A stretch of DNA of 61,939 nt, the filler included. It is 2 parts of 2 records of this genome, joined end to end, with 100 filler letters (N's around TTAATTAATTAA, not from the genome) between each part and the next. Parts side by side here need not be neighbours in the genome. Positions count along the whole stretch, not along the records: positions 30,059 to 61,939 come from SRR20825006_2641; 1 more part is not named here. The stretch is one strand, 5' to 3'. The translations under genes were made by a program, and so were the position numbers. A model generated the notes under the pieces. The model was not told the DNA's origin, searched no databases, and was given only the letters and a program-made list of their open reading frames with translations. Below, in pieces: positions 52,520 through 61,939 of this stretch. The number at the start of each line of letters is the position of its first letter. The first letter of the stretch is position 1.

Positions 52520-54370
52520 TCAATTGCTCACTGTCTTCACCAGCATCTCATGCATTCTGCGCGCGGTTGCCGCCGGGTCCTTTGGCAGCTGGCCTTCCGC
52601 CAACATAGCCTGATCCAGCAACAGTGCAGCCAGATCATCAAAGCGCTCCCCCGCATCGATGCTGCTCAGTTTGGCCAACAGATCGTGGCTCAGGTTTACC
52701 TCCAGTACCGGCTTGTTCTCCGGGACAGGCTGGCCGGCAGCTTCCAGCATACGGCGCATCTGCGGGCCAAGCTGGTCTTCTGCCAGAACCAGGCAGGCCG
52801 GGGAATCCACCAGACGCGTCGTCGCACGCACCGCTTCCACATGCTCGCTCAAGCTGCCAGACAGACGTTGAATCAGCGGATCATCGTTATTCGCCTGTTC
52901 ATCATCGCCCAGGTCTAGCTCACCACGGGCAGCATTGACCAACTTCACATCCTTGTAGCTTTCCAGATAGCCCACCATCCACTCATCAACCGGATCACTG
53001 AGCAGCAAGACTTCAATGCCTTTTTTGCGGAACACTTCCAGGTGCGGGCTTTGTCGCGCGGCTGACGGGGTGTCCGCCAGCAGGTAGTAGATGCTGTCCT
53101 GCTCTGCAGGTTTGTTATCCAGATATTGATCCAGTGAGGTAGTCACCGAATCCGGGCTACTACTTGTGGCAAAGCGCAGCAAGGCAGCAATGGCCTGCTG
53201 GTTGTCACGATCTTCGGCCACCCCTTCCTTGATCACCTGGCCAAACTGCGCCCAGAAGGTGGCGTACTGTTCATCATCATTGCTGAGTTTCTTCAACATC
53301 TGCAGCACACGCTTGGTCAGCGCGGCTCGAATCTTCTGTACCGGGCCATAATCCTGCAGCAACTCGCGGCTCACATTCAGGGGCAGATCCGGGGCATCAA
53401 TCACCCCCTTGATGAAGCGCAGGTACTGGGGCAGGAATTGTTCCGCATCATCCATGATGAAAACGCGCTGGACGTACAATTTCAGGCCCCGATTGGCTTC
53501 ACGCTGGTACAGATCAAACGGCGCCCGGGCCGGAATATAAAGCAGGCTGGTGTACTCCAGCTTGCCTTCCACCTTGTTATGACTCCAGGTCAGTGCGTCC
53601 TGAAAGTCATGGCTGATGTGCTTGTAAAAGTTCTGGTATTCCTCATCCGTGACTTCGCTTCGCGGCCGCTGCCAAAGCGCGGTGGCGGAATTCAGCGTTT
53701 CCTCCTTGGCCTCGTCGTCACCGTCCGGGGCTGTCACCAACACAATCGGGAAAGCCACGTGGTCTGAATACTGGCCAATCACCTGGCGAATTTTAAAATC
53801 ATCAAGAAAATCACGGGCGTCGTCACGCAGATGCAGAATCACCGCTGTGCCGGATTCATCACGGGTTAGCGGCTCCACGGAAAACTCACCTTTCCCGTCA
53901 CTTTCCCAACGCACCCCGTCGGCCGCCGCTTCTCCGGCCTTGCGGGTTTCCACGGTGACGGTGTCAGCCACGATAAACGCCGAATAAAACCCCACACCGA
54001 ATTGACCGATCAGCTGAGCGTCTTTCTTCTGATCACCGCTCAAGTTGGCGAGGAATTTTTCCGTCCCGGAGCGGGCAATCGTGCCCAGGTTATCCACTAC
54101 CTCATCCTGGCCCATGCCAATACCGTTGTCGGTAATGGTCAGCGTGCCCGCATCCTTGTCCACTTGCAGGGTAATACGGGGTTCATCACCCTGCTCCAGC
54201 AGCGCAGGATTATCCAGCGCCTGGAAACGTAACTTGTCGCACGCATCCGACGCATTGGATATCAACTCCCGCAAAAAGATTTCACGGTTGCTGTAAAGGG
54301 AATGAATCATCAAGTGAAGAAGGCGGGAGACTTCCGCCTGAAACCCATGGGTCTGTTTTTCTGCTGACAC
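52520..54370 (-). CDS. htpG: Molecular chaperone HtpG (Hsp90)
   Basis: YSNREIFLRELISNASDA, NLGTIARSG, IGQFGVGFYS; GTG start after CAGGAG. Confidence 0.98.
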   Translation of the reverse strand: MSAEKQTHGFQAEVSRLLHLMIHSLYSNREIFLRELISNASDACDKLRFQALDNPALLEQGDEPRITLQVDKDAGTLTITDNGIGMGQDEVVDNLGTIARSGTEKFLANLSGDQKKDAQLIGQFGVGFYSAFIVADTVTVETRKAGEAAADGVRWESDGKGEFSVEPLTRDESGTAVILHLRDDARDFLDDFKIRQVIGQYSDHVAFPIVLVTAPDGDDEAKEETLNSATALWQRPRSEVTDEEYQNFYKHISHDFQDALTWSHNKVEGKLEYTSLLYIPARAPFDLYQREANRGLKLYVQRVFIMDDAEQFLPQYLRFIKGVIDAPDLPLNVSRELLQDYGPVQKIRAALTKRVLQMLKKLSNDDEQYATFWAQFGQVIKEGVAEDRDNQQAIAALLRFATSSSPDSVTTSLDQYLDNKPAEQDSIYYLLADTPSAARQSPHLEVFRKKGIEVLLLSDPVDEWMVGYLESYKDVKLVNAARGELDLGDDEQANNDDPLIQRLSGSLSEHVEAVRATTRLVDSPACLVLAEDQLGPQMRRMLEAAGQPVPENKPVLEVNLSHDLLAKLSSIDAGERFDDLAALLLDQAMLAEGQLPKDPAATARRMHEMLVKTVSN

Positions 54371-54406
54371 GATTAACTCCTGAACCTTCGGGTAATGTTG
54401 AGGTAC

Positions 54407-54435
54407 AGATAGGGGCAAACCGTTTTTTTTTCAAG
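54407..54435 (-). promoter_or_regulatory. Sigma32 heat-shock promoter of htpG
   Basis: CTTGAAA-N13-CCCCTATCT on the minus strand. Confidence 0.75.
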
Positions 54436-54511
54436 GGGGGCATGTCCGGGCTATCTGCCCGGTTACCTGCCTGAAACTATACAGATAACCGGCGGGCCGG
54501 CTTGCGTCAGA

Positions 54512-55414
54512 TCAGCGCCTGACTAGATGAGACAGGGCGGAGTCCAGGTCCGGAAATCGGAAAATGAAGCCCTGCTGCTCCAGACGGCGGGGATAAACCC
54601 GCTGCCCGCCGATCAGCATGGCAGATTGCTCGCCTAAGCCCGCCTTGAGGGCAGCGGATGGCACACGCAGCAGTGCCGGGCGCTTCACTTTTCGGGCAAG
54701 GCTGTGGTGGAACTCGCGCTGAGTCACCGGCGCCGGCGCACAGGCGTTAAACACACCGTCCACGCCCGGGGTTTCCAGCGCCCGCACCAGCACCGCCACC
54801 ATGTCGTCAATATGCACCCAGCTCAGCCACTGGTTACCATCACCGAGCATGGCGCCAAGCCCAAGCCGATACACCGGGAGCAACTTGCTCAACATGCCGC
54901 CATCGCTACCCAGCACGATACCCGTGCGCACCAGGCATAACCTTACTCCCTGGCGCGATACCGGCCTGGCGGCCTGCTCCCAGGCGTCACAAAGCAAATA
55001 ACCGAAATCACGCCTGCGCGCCGGGCTTTCTTCAGACAGTTCAGCGTTGTCCGCGTTGCCATAAAACCCAACCGCTGATCCGGAAACCAGCACCGCCGGT
55101 TTACGATCCAGCCGGGACACCAGCCCCACCACGCTTTCAGTGACGCCGACCCGCGAGGCAAACAGCGTTTTCTTGCGCCGTTCAGTCCAGCGGCCGGCAA
55201 ACAGGCTTTCGCCAGCCAGGTTCACGATACCGTCAATCGCTGCATCGTTCTCTATGTCATCCAGAGAGGTAACCAGGCGCGCCCCTTCCGGCAGCACGCG
55301 CGCGGCTTTGCGGGGTTTTCGGGTGAGAACGGTCAGCTCGTGGCCGTGGGCAGCCAGTCGCCGGCAAAGATGCTGGCCAATGAACCCACTGCCACCGGTT
55401 ATCAGTACCTTCAA
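54512..55414 (-). CDS. TIGR01777-family NAD-dependent epimerase-like protein
   Basis: TGGSGFIG, NLAGE, SGSAVGFYG, RTGIVL, SWVHIDD. Confidence 0.93.
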   Translation of the reverse strand: MKVLITGGSGFIGQHLCRRLAAHGHELTVLTRKPRKAARVLPEGARLVTSLDDIENDAAIDGIVNLAGESLFAGRWTERRKKTLFASRVGVTESVVGLVSRLDRKPAVLVSGSAVGFYGNADNAELSEESPARRRDFGYLLCDAWEQAARPVSRQGVRLCLVRTGIVLGSDGGMLSKLLPVYRLGLGAMLGDGNQWLSWVHIDDMVAVLVRALETPGVDGVFNACAPAPVTQREFHHSLARKVKRPALLRVPSAALKAGLGEQSAMLIGGQRVYPRRLEQQGFIFRFPDLDSALSHLVRR

Positions 55415-57027
55415 CGGGCAGCCTCTATGTGGCGAATACTGTCGATATCGTAGAAGTACTCCATATTGCCCGCGCCCAACGGGACACTCAAGGTCAGGTG
55501 ATCGTCGGCCACTGCCTGCAAAATTCCGGTGCGCCGAGGCCCCTCATTGGCCTCAATCGTCACGTTTTTCCCTACCAGAGCCTTGAGTTCACTGCTCGCA
55601 GCCGGAGTTTGTTCAGCGGGCACGGTCTCTGCGGTATGACTCGGGGCAGGCGCTGGCTCTGCCGGCTCAATCTCAGCGGCCTCCGGCTGATCACCCTCAG
55701 GCGCCGTCAGCACCACTTTCTGACCGGAGGACAGAATCAGGGACTGTAATTCATCCGCCCCCACGCTGCGCTCCACATTGCCACTACCCACATTCATTAC
55801 CAGCCACAGGCGATCGCCACCCACCTTGCGCAAGACGCCCTCCAGAGTCCGCCCTCCGATGGTTTCCAGCACCACCGACTGGTTTTCGTACGCCACCAGT
55901 TCCGGGAACGTCTGCGTAATCGGTTCTGGCCCAGCCCGTTCTGGTTCAGCCGGCTTCTCGGCGCTCGGCGTCACCAGCTCCAGCCCACCCTCTTTTGCTG
56001 CGCTGGTAACACGGGTTTCCATGGAACCAGCAACCACAGCCCAGCCCACATCACTCTTTTCCAGGCGTACCGTGCGTTCCTGCACGGCACCATTACTCAA
56101 TTCCACCACAGCCATGACCTGGCCGCTGTTTTCCGTTCGGCGCAGGGTCACATGTCGGGCCTCAATCGTGCTTACGGCGCCTTCTGGAAACTGGGTTCGC
56201 AGAAATTCCTCCGCCACATGGGCCAGGGTATCTTCGTGATCAAAGTACAGGTCGACCTGGCCGTTACGGTAACGCAGATGATTGGTATGGGCGGTGAAGT
56301 CCCCGGTCAAATAACTTTTGAAACTGTCCGGCATGACCAACACAAGGGAACCGGAAAGCTGCCCGGTATCCAGCGGTGCCAGCGCCAGCTCCATACGATA
56401 ACCGCCGTCGAAAATACGGGTCTCAGGGTAATCCTGGCTCTCCGGCTTCCAGGACAGATGCACCACAGGGCCATCCTCATCAGACGGGCCCACAATCAAC
56501 GTTCTGCGCTCGCTAATGTCTTCCGGGTTCCAGCCCAGCAGAACGCGCACTTCCAGATCGGCCAGAAAGCCTTCGCCCTGGCTCAGGGTTAATACCCCAT
56601 CAATGAGAGCAACACGGTCGTAGCGGAATGTCTCACCGTGCAAACGCCCGGTCAGGCGCTTACCCTGCCCTGCGACGACCAGCAGAGCGGACTCTTCCGA
56701 AGAAACAAAAGCCGTGCTGCTGGCTTTTTTCTCACCACGCAGTACCTGACCGCTCTGGCTGGAGACCGGCTGCGCAGAAACGTCGCCTGCCAGGCTCCCG
56801 CCTGTAACCACGAACAGGCCTATGCCCACCGCAGTGGTCAGCACCGCTGCCACACGGCCCAGCGCCCACCAGCGATAATATTCCCAATGGCTTTGCACCT
56901 GCCCCAGGCTTACCAGCGGCACCAGAAAAAAAAGCGAGCTGTGGCCCCGGCTACCGGCTTCATGCATCAGCCCCAGCGTGGTGATGATGAGTGCGCTTAC
57001 CCCAACAATAATTAGCAGTTCTGCCAT
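55411..57027 (-). CDS. Membrane-anchored hypothetical protein with two C-terminal Sm/LSm-like repeats
   Basis: N-terminal hydrophobic segments; two similar ~55-aa units separated by Pro/Glu/Ala linkers. Confidence 0.75.
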   Translation of the reverse strand: MAELLIIVGVSALIITTLGLMHEAGSRGHSSLFFLVPLVSLGQVQSHWEYYRWWALGRVAAVLTTAVGIGLFVVTGGSLAGDVSAQPVSSQSGQVLRGEKKASSTAFVSSEESALLVVAGQGKRLTGRLHGETFRYDRVALIDGVLTLSQGEGFLADLEVRVLLGWNPEDISERRTLIVGPSDEDGPVVHLSWKPESQDYPETRIFDGGYRMELALAPLDTGQLSGSLVLVMPDSFKSYLTGDFTAHTNHLRYRNGQVDLYFDHEDTLAHVAEEFLRTQFPEGAVSTIEARHVTLRRTENSGQVMAVVELSNGAVQERTVRLEKSDVGWAVVAGSMETRVTSAAKEGGLELVTPSAEKPAEPERAGPEPITQTFPELVAYENQSVVLETIGGRTLEGVLRKVGGDRLWLVMNVGSGNVERSVGADELQSLILSSGQKVVLTAPEGDQPEAAEIEPAEPAPAPSHTAETVPAEQTPAASSELKALVGKNVTIEANEGPRRTGILQAVADDHLTLSVPLGAGNMEYFYDIDSIRHIEAAR

Positions 57028-57379
57028 ATTCTTATTCTCTCCATGGGTCGTCGCCCTACCGATAACCGGCGAACATCCCCCACTTTACAAAGCCTTTTAC
57101 GGGCATTCCAGCACTTAAGTTACTGATTTTTCTATTAGAGTGAAGGGCATGATATGCATCACATTTAGCCTTCCTCAACCGCCCGCTGCAAGCGGTTATT
57201 CATCATTACGCAGACCTTCTACCTGGACATTCAGCGCCACTCATCATTGAAAATAAAAAAAAACTTGTAAGGCTGAAAGTCAGAGGATATACAGGCGCTG
57301 AGGACATCGGGAAACTGGGAATCCGGACCTGATGGGCCCTTGTAACAGGTTGTTTAAGGAGGTCAGAAAGGAGGCCACC

Positions 57380-57616
57380 ATGAGTAACCATCGTAATGAG
57401 CAAGACCTTGATTCGGAAGATCTGCTGATGAACGAAGATTTCGATATCCTGGATGACAATGTGGATGAGGAAGAGCAGGAAGAGCGTAGTGCTCGCAGCC
57501 GCTCCTTCAATATGGACATGCGCCATCGCATCGAAGATCGGCTGGAAGAGCGCCGCCTGAAAAAGGAACTCAATGAATACGAGTCCTTTGACCTGGACGA
57601 CGACCTCCTCCACTAA
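57380..57616 (+). CDS. Small acidic protein, PA3496-family-like
   Basis: AGGAGG RBS; acidic N-terminus, then RHRIEDRLEERRLKKEL. Confidence 0.75.
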   Translation: MSNHRNEQDLDSEDLLMNEDFDILDDNVDEEEQEERSARSRSFNMDMRHRIEDRLEERRLKKELNEYESFDLDDDLLH

Positions 57617-57622
57617 GCCCAC

Positions 57623-57652
57623 AAAAAAGGCCGGCAAATGCCGGCCTTTTTT
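57623..57652. terminator. Bidirectional terminator
   Basis: AAAAAAGGCCGGCA-AA-TGCCGGCCTTTTTT. Confidence 0.92.
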
Positions 57653-57670
57653 GTATCGCTAACGGCGGTT

Positions 57671-58546
57671 TTACCAGCCAGTCGCTTCTTTCACGGCTTT
57701 GCCGATTTCTGCCGGGTTGCGCACGGTCTTCACACCCGCCGCTTCCAGAACCGCAAACTTTTCATCTGCTGTCCCTTTACCGCCGGCAATGATGGCGCCA
57801 GCGTGCCCCATGCGTTTGCCCGCCGGAGCCGTTACGCCCGCGATGTAGCTCACCACCGGCTTGGTGACGTTCTCCTTGATATAAGCCGCGGCTTCATCTT
57901 CTGCGGTACCGCCGATCTCACCCACCATCACGATGGCTTCGGTCTGCGGGTCATTCTGGAACAATTCCAGCGCATCAATGAATGTCATGCCCGGAATCGG
58001 GTCTCCACCGATACCAATACAGGAAGACTGCCCAAAGCCCAACTTGGTGGTTTGGTTAACCGCTTCATAGGTCAGGGTACCGGAACGAGACACGATGCCT
58101 ACCTTGCCAGGCTTGTGGATATGGCCCGGCATGATGCCGATCTTGCACTCACCCGGAGTAATTACCCCCGGGCAGTTCGGACCGATCAGACGAACACCGT
58201 CCATGCGGGAGATATACTCTTTGACGAAAAGCATATCCAGTGCAGGAACGCCTTCGGTAATGCAGACGATCAGCTCAATGCCGGCGTCTGCGGCTTCCAG
58301 AATGGAATCCTTGCAGAACGGTGCGGGTACATAAATCACGCTGGCGGTGGCGCCGGTTTCAGCCACGGCTTCTGCCACGGTGTTGAATACCGGCAGGCCC
58401 AGGTGCGTCTGGCCGCCTTTACCCGGAGTGACACCGCCCACCATCTGAGTACCGTACTCAATGGCCTGTTCAGAGTGGAGTGTGCCCTGGCTGCCGGTGA
58501 AGCCCTGGCAGATAACCTTGGTGTTTTTGTCGATCAATACGCTCAT
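57671..58546 (-). CDS. sucD: Succinyl-CoA synthetase alpha subunit
   Basis: [27 protein letters not shown]. Confidence 0.98.
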   Translation of the reverse strand: MSVLIDKNTKVICQGFTGSQGTLHSEQAIEYGTQMVGGVTPGKGGQTHLGLPVFNTVAEAVAETGATASVIYVPAPFCKDSILEAADAGIELIVCITEGVPALDMLFVKEYISRMDGVRLIGPNCPGVITPGECKIGIMPGHIHKPGKVGIVSRSGTLTYEAVNQTTKLGFGQSSCIGIGGDPIPGMTFIDALELFQNDPQTEAIVMVGEIGGTAEDEAAAYIKENVTKPVVSYIAGVTAPAGKRMGHAGAIIAGGKGTADEKFAVLEAAGVKTVRNPAEIGKAVKEATGW

Positions 58547-59712
58547 GCGGCACCTCCCACTGCTTTCACTACCTGTTCGGCAGCATCATCAAAACTTTGT
58601 GCGGCAATGATGTTCATGCCGCTTTCTGCCAGCTTCTGGGAACCCAGCTCCGCATTGTTACCTTCCAGACGAACCACAACCGGGACGGTCACGCCTACTT
58701 CTTCCACGGCACCAATAATGCCTTCGGCAATCAGGTCGCAACGGACAATACCGCCGAAGATGTTCACCAGAACGCCCTTCACCTGATCATCAGAAAGGAT
58801 GATCTTGAACGCTTCAGTAACGCGCTCTTTGGTAGCACCACCGCCCACGTCGAGGAAGTTGGCTGGCGCACCGCCTTTCAGCTTCACCAGGTCCATGGTG
58901 CCCATGGCCAGGCCCGCACCGTTCACCATGCAACCGATGTTGCCATCCAGCGCCACGTAGTTCAGGTCCCACTCGGCAGCACGGCGTTCACGCTCATCTT
59001 CCTGACTGGGATCGTCCAGAGCCTTGATGTCCGGATGACGATACAGGGCGGAGCCATCCACGTTGATCTTGGCATCCAGGCAGTGCAGATCCCCCTCATC
59101 GGTAATCACCAGCGGGTTCACTTCAATCAGCGCCAGATCCTTGTCGATGAACAGCTTGGCCAAGCCCACAAAGATCTTGGCAAACTGATTGACCTGCTTG
59201 CCTTCCAGGCCCAACTGGAACGCAATCTCACGAGCCTGATAGGGCTGTGCGCCCACCAGTGGGTCGATTTCCGCCTTGAGAATTTTTTCCGGGGTTTCTT
59301 CTGCGACCGTTTCGATGTCCACGCCACCTTCGGTGGAGGCCATGAAGACAACACGGCGGCTGGCACGATCCAGTACCGCACTCAGATACAGCTCTTTGGC
59401 AATATCGGTGCAGGTTTCCACCAGGATTTTTGATACCGGCTGGCCGTGCTCATCGGTCTGGAACGTCACCAGGTTCTTGCCCAGCCACTGCTTTGCAAAC
59501 GCCGCCGCGTCTTCCGGGCTATCCACCAGCTTCACACCACCGGCTTTACCGCGACCGCCAGCGTGCACCTGGGCCTTCACGACCCACTTGTCACCACCGA
59601 TCTCTTTCGCCTTTGCTGCTACCTCTTCCGGGGTATCACAGGCAAAGCCGGTAGAGACTGGCAACCCATAATCAGCAAAAAGCTGTTTTGACTGATACTC
59701 ATGGAGATTCAT
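58543..59712 (-). CDS. sucC: Succinyl-CoA synthetase beta subunit
   Basis: [36 protein letters not shown]. Confidence 0.98.
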   Translation of the reverse strand: MNLHEYQSKQLFADYGLPVSTGFACDTPEEVAAKAKEIGGDKWVVKAQVHAGGRGKAGGVKLVDSPEDAAAFAKQWLGKNLVTFQTDEHGQPVSKILVETCTDIAKELYLSAVLDRASRRVVFMASTEGGVDIETVAEETPEKILKAEIDPLVGAQPYQAREIAFQLGLEGKQVNQFAKIFVGLAKLFIDKDLALIEVNPLVITDEGDLHCLDAKINVDGSALYRHPDIKALDDPSQEDERERRAAEWDLNYVALDGNIGCMVNGAGLAMGTMDLVKLKGGAPANFLDVGGGATKERVTEAFKIILSDDQVKGVLVNIFGGIVRCDLIAEGIIGAVEEVGVTVPVVVRLEGNNAELGSQKLAESGMNIIAAQSFDDAAEQVVKAVGGAA

Positions 59713-59784
59713 GCCAATACTTCCATCATCAATGAATTAGTGGCGCCCTGTTCAAGCGCCGTTATCGCTGCCGTTCAAATGTCG

Positions 59785-61236
<1,452 letters not shown>

Positions 61237-61240
61237 CTAT

Positions 61241-61313
61241 CGCTGGCACGCTTCACGCAACACGCTGGCACGCCATGTCGCGTGCGCGTGCCAGCATGAA
61301 GCGTGCAGGCGTA
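61241..61313. repeat. Inverted CACGC/GCGTG microrepeat arrays in the sucB-lpdA spacer
   Basis: CACGC at 61247, 61254, 61261, 61269; GCGTG-like at 61280, 61286, 61294, 61301, 61309. Confidence 0.8.
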
Positions 61314-61316
61314 CAT

Positions 61317-61939
61317 TCAGATATCCAGCAACAGGCGCGCCGGATCCTCGATAAAGTTCTTCACTGCAACCAGGAACTGCACCGCTTCCTTGCCATCGAT
61401 AAGCCGATGGTCATAGGACAGAGCCAGATACATCATTGGCAGGATTTCCACTTTGCCATCCACTGCCATGGGCCGTTCCTGGATCTTGTGCATACCCAGA
61501 ATCGCCGTTTGCGGCGGGTTCAGAATCGGCGTGGAAATCAGCGAACCGAACACCCCGCCGTTGGAAATGGTGAAGGTACCGCCGGTCATCTCTTCAATGG
61601 ACAGCTTGCCCTTCTGGGCTTTCTGGCCGTACTCGATAATCTGCGATTCCACTTCCGCCAGGCCTTTCTGGTCCGCATCGCGAAGCACAGGCACAACCAG
61701 TCCCCGCTCGGTGGAGACAGCCACACCGACGTCGTAATAACCGTGATATACGATGTCTTCACCGTCGATGGAGGCATTCACCGCCGGGAAGCGTTTCAGG
61801 GCTTCCACACAGGCACGGGTAAAGAACCCCATAAAGCCGAGACGCACGTTATGGGCTTTCTCGAATTCTGGCTGGTAGTGCTTGCGCATATCCATGATCG
61901 GTTTCATGTTGACCTCGTTGAAGGTGGTCAACATGGCCG
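61317..61939 (-). CDS. sucB: 2-oxoglutarate dehydrogenase E2 (C-terminal part)
   Basis: [32 protein letters not shown]. Confidence 0.97.
   Translation of the reverse strand, partial: AMLTTFNEVNMKPIMDMRKHYQPEFEKAHNVRLGFMGFFTRACVEALKRFPAVNASIDGEDIVYHGYYDVGVAVSTERGLVVPVLRDADQKGLAEVESQIIEYGQKAQKGKLSIEEMTGGTFTISNGGVFGSLISTPILNPPQTAILGMHKIQERPMAVDGKVEILPMMYLALSYDHRLIDGKEAVQFLVAVKNFIEDPARLLLDI

Noticed and set aside
54446-54492. CCGGTTA(C/T)CTG inverted repeat upstream of the htpG promoter as a CIRCE-like operator
   Set aside because: It does not match CIRCE and is more simply a 3' hairpin of the TIGR01777 gene.

Overview
The window joins two unrelated genomes through an artificial 100-nt spacer (44 N + TTAATTAATTAA + 44 N, 29959-30058). 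The left part (1-29958) is AT-rich, has Bacteroidota-type TAnnTTTG promoters and looks like a marine Flavobacteriaceae. It is mostly housekeeping: proS, FadL-like OMP, folE, cysS, yidD, lgt, glsA, secDF, mdh, gyrB, asnB, queE, rluF, ppgK-like kinase, folD and the 3' end of ffh. The right part (30059-61939) is GC-rich Gammaproteobacteria, Alcanivorax-like by gene content: leuC, aroC, prmB, amtB, xthA, sixA, gpsA, htpG, sucDC, lpdA, sucB and several lipid hydrolases. The most unusual signal is a four-helix-bundle (23S-IVS/Avd-like) gene between ffh and folD. It is bracketed by mutually inverted 6/7/7-nt-period microrepeat arrays and has one in-frame TGA followed by a hairpin. Two gene-less spacers with similar inverted ~7-nt repeats occur in the other genome (aroC-MFS, sucB-lpdA). 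Other candidates are a pore-less voltage-sensor protein upstream of a REC protein and a Ser/Thr kinase, a possible sRNA with anti-SD motifs, a sigma54 amtB operon with an unknown partner in place of glnK, a pseudo-GGDEF operon and a MITE-like element. All calls come from reading the sequence by eye; no database searches were run.
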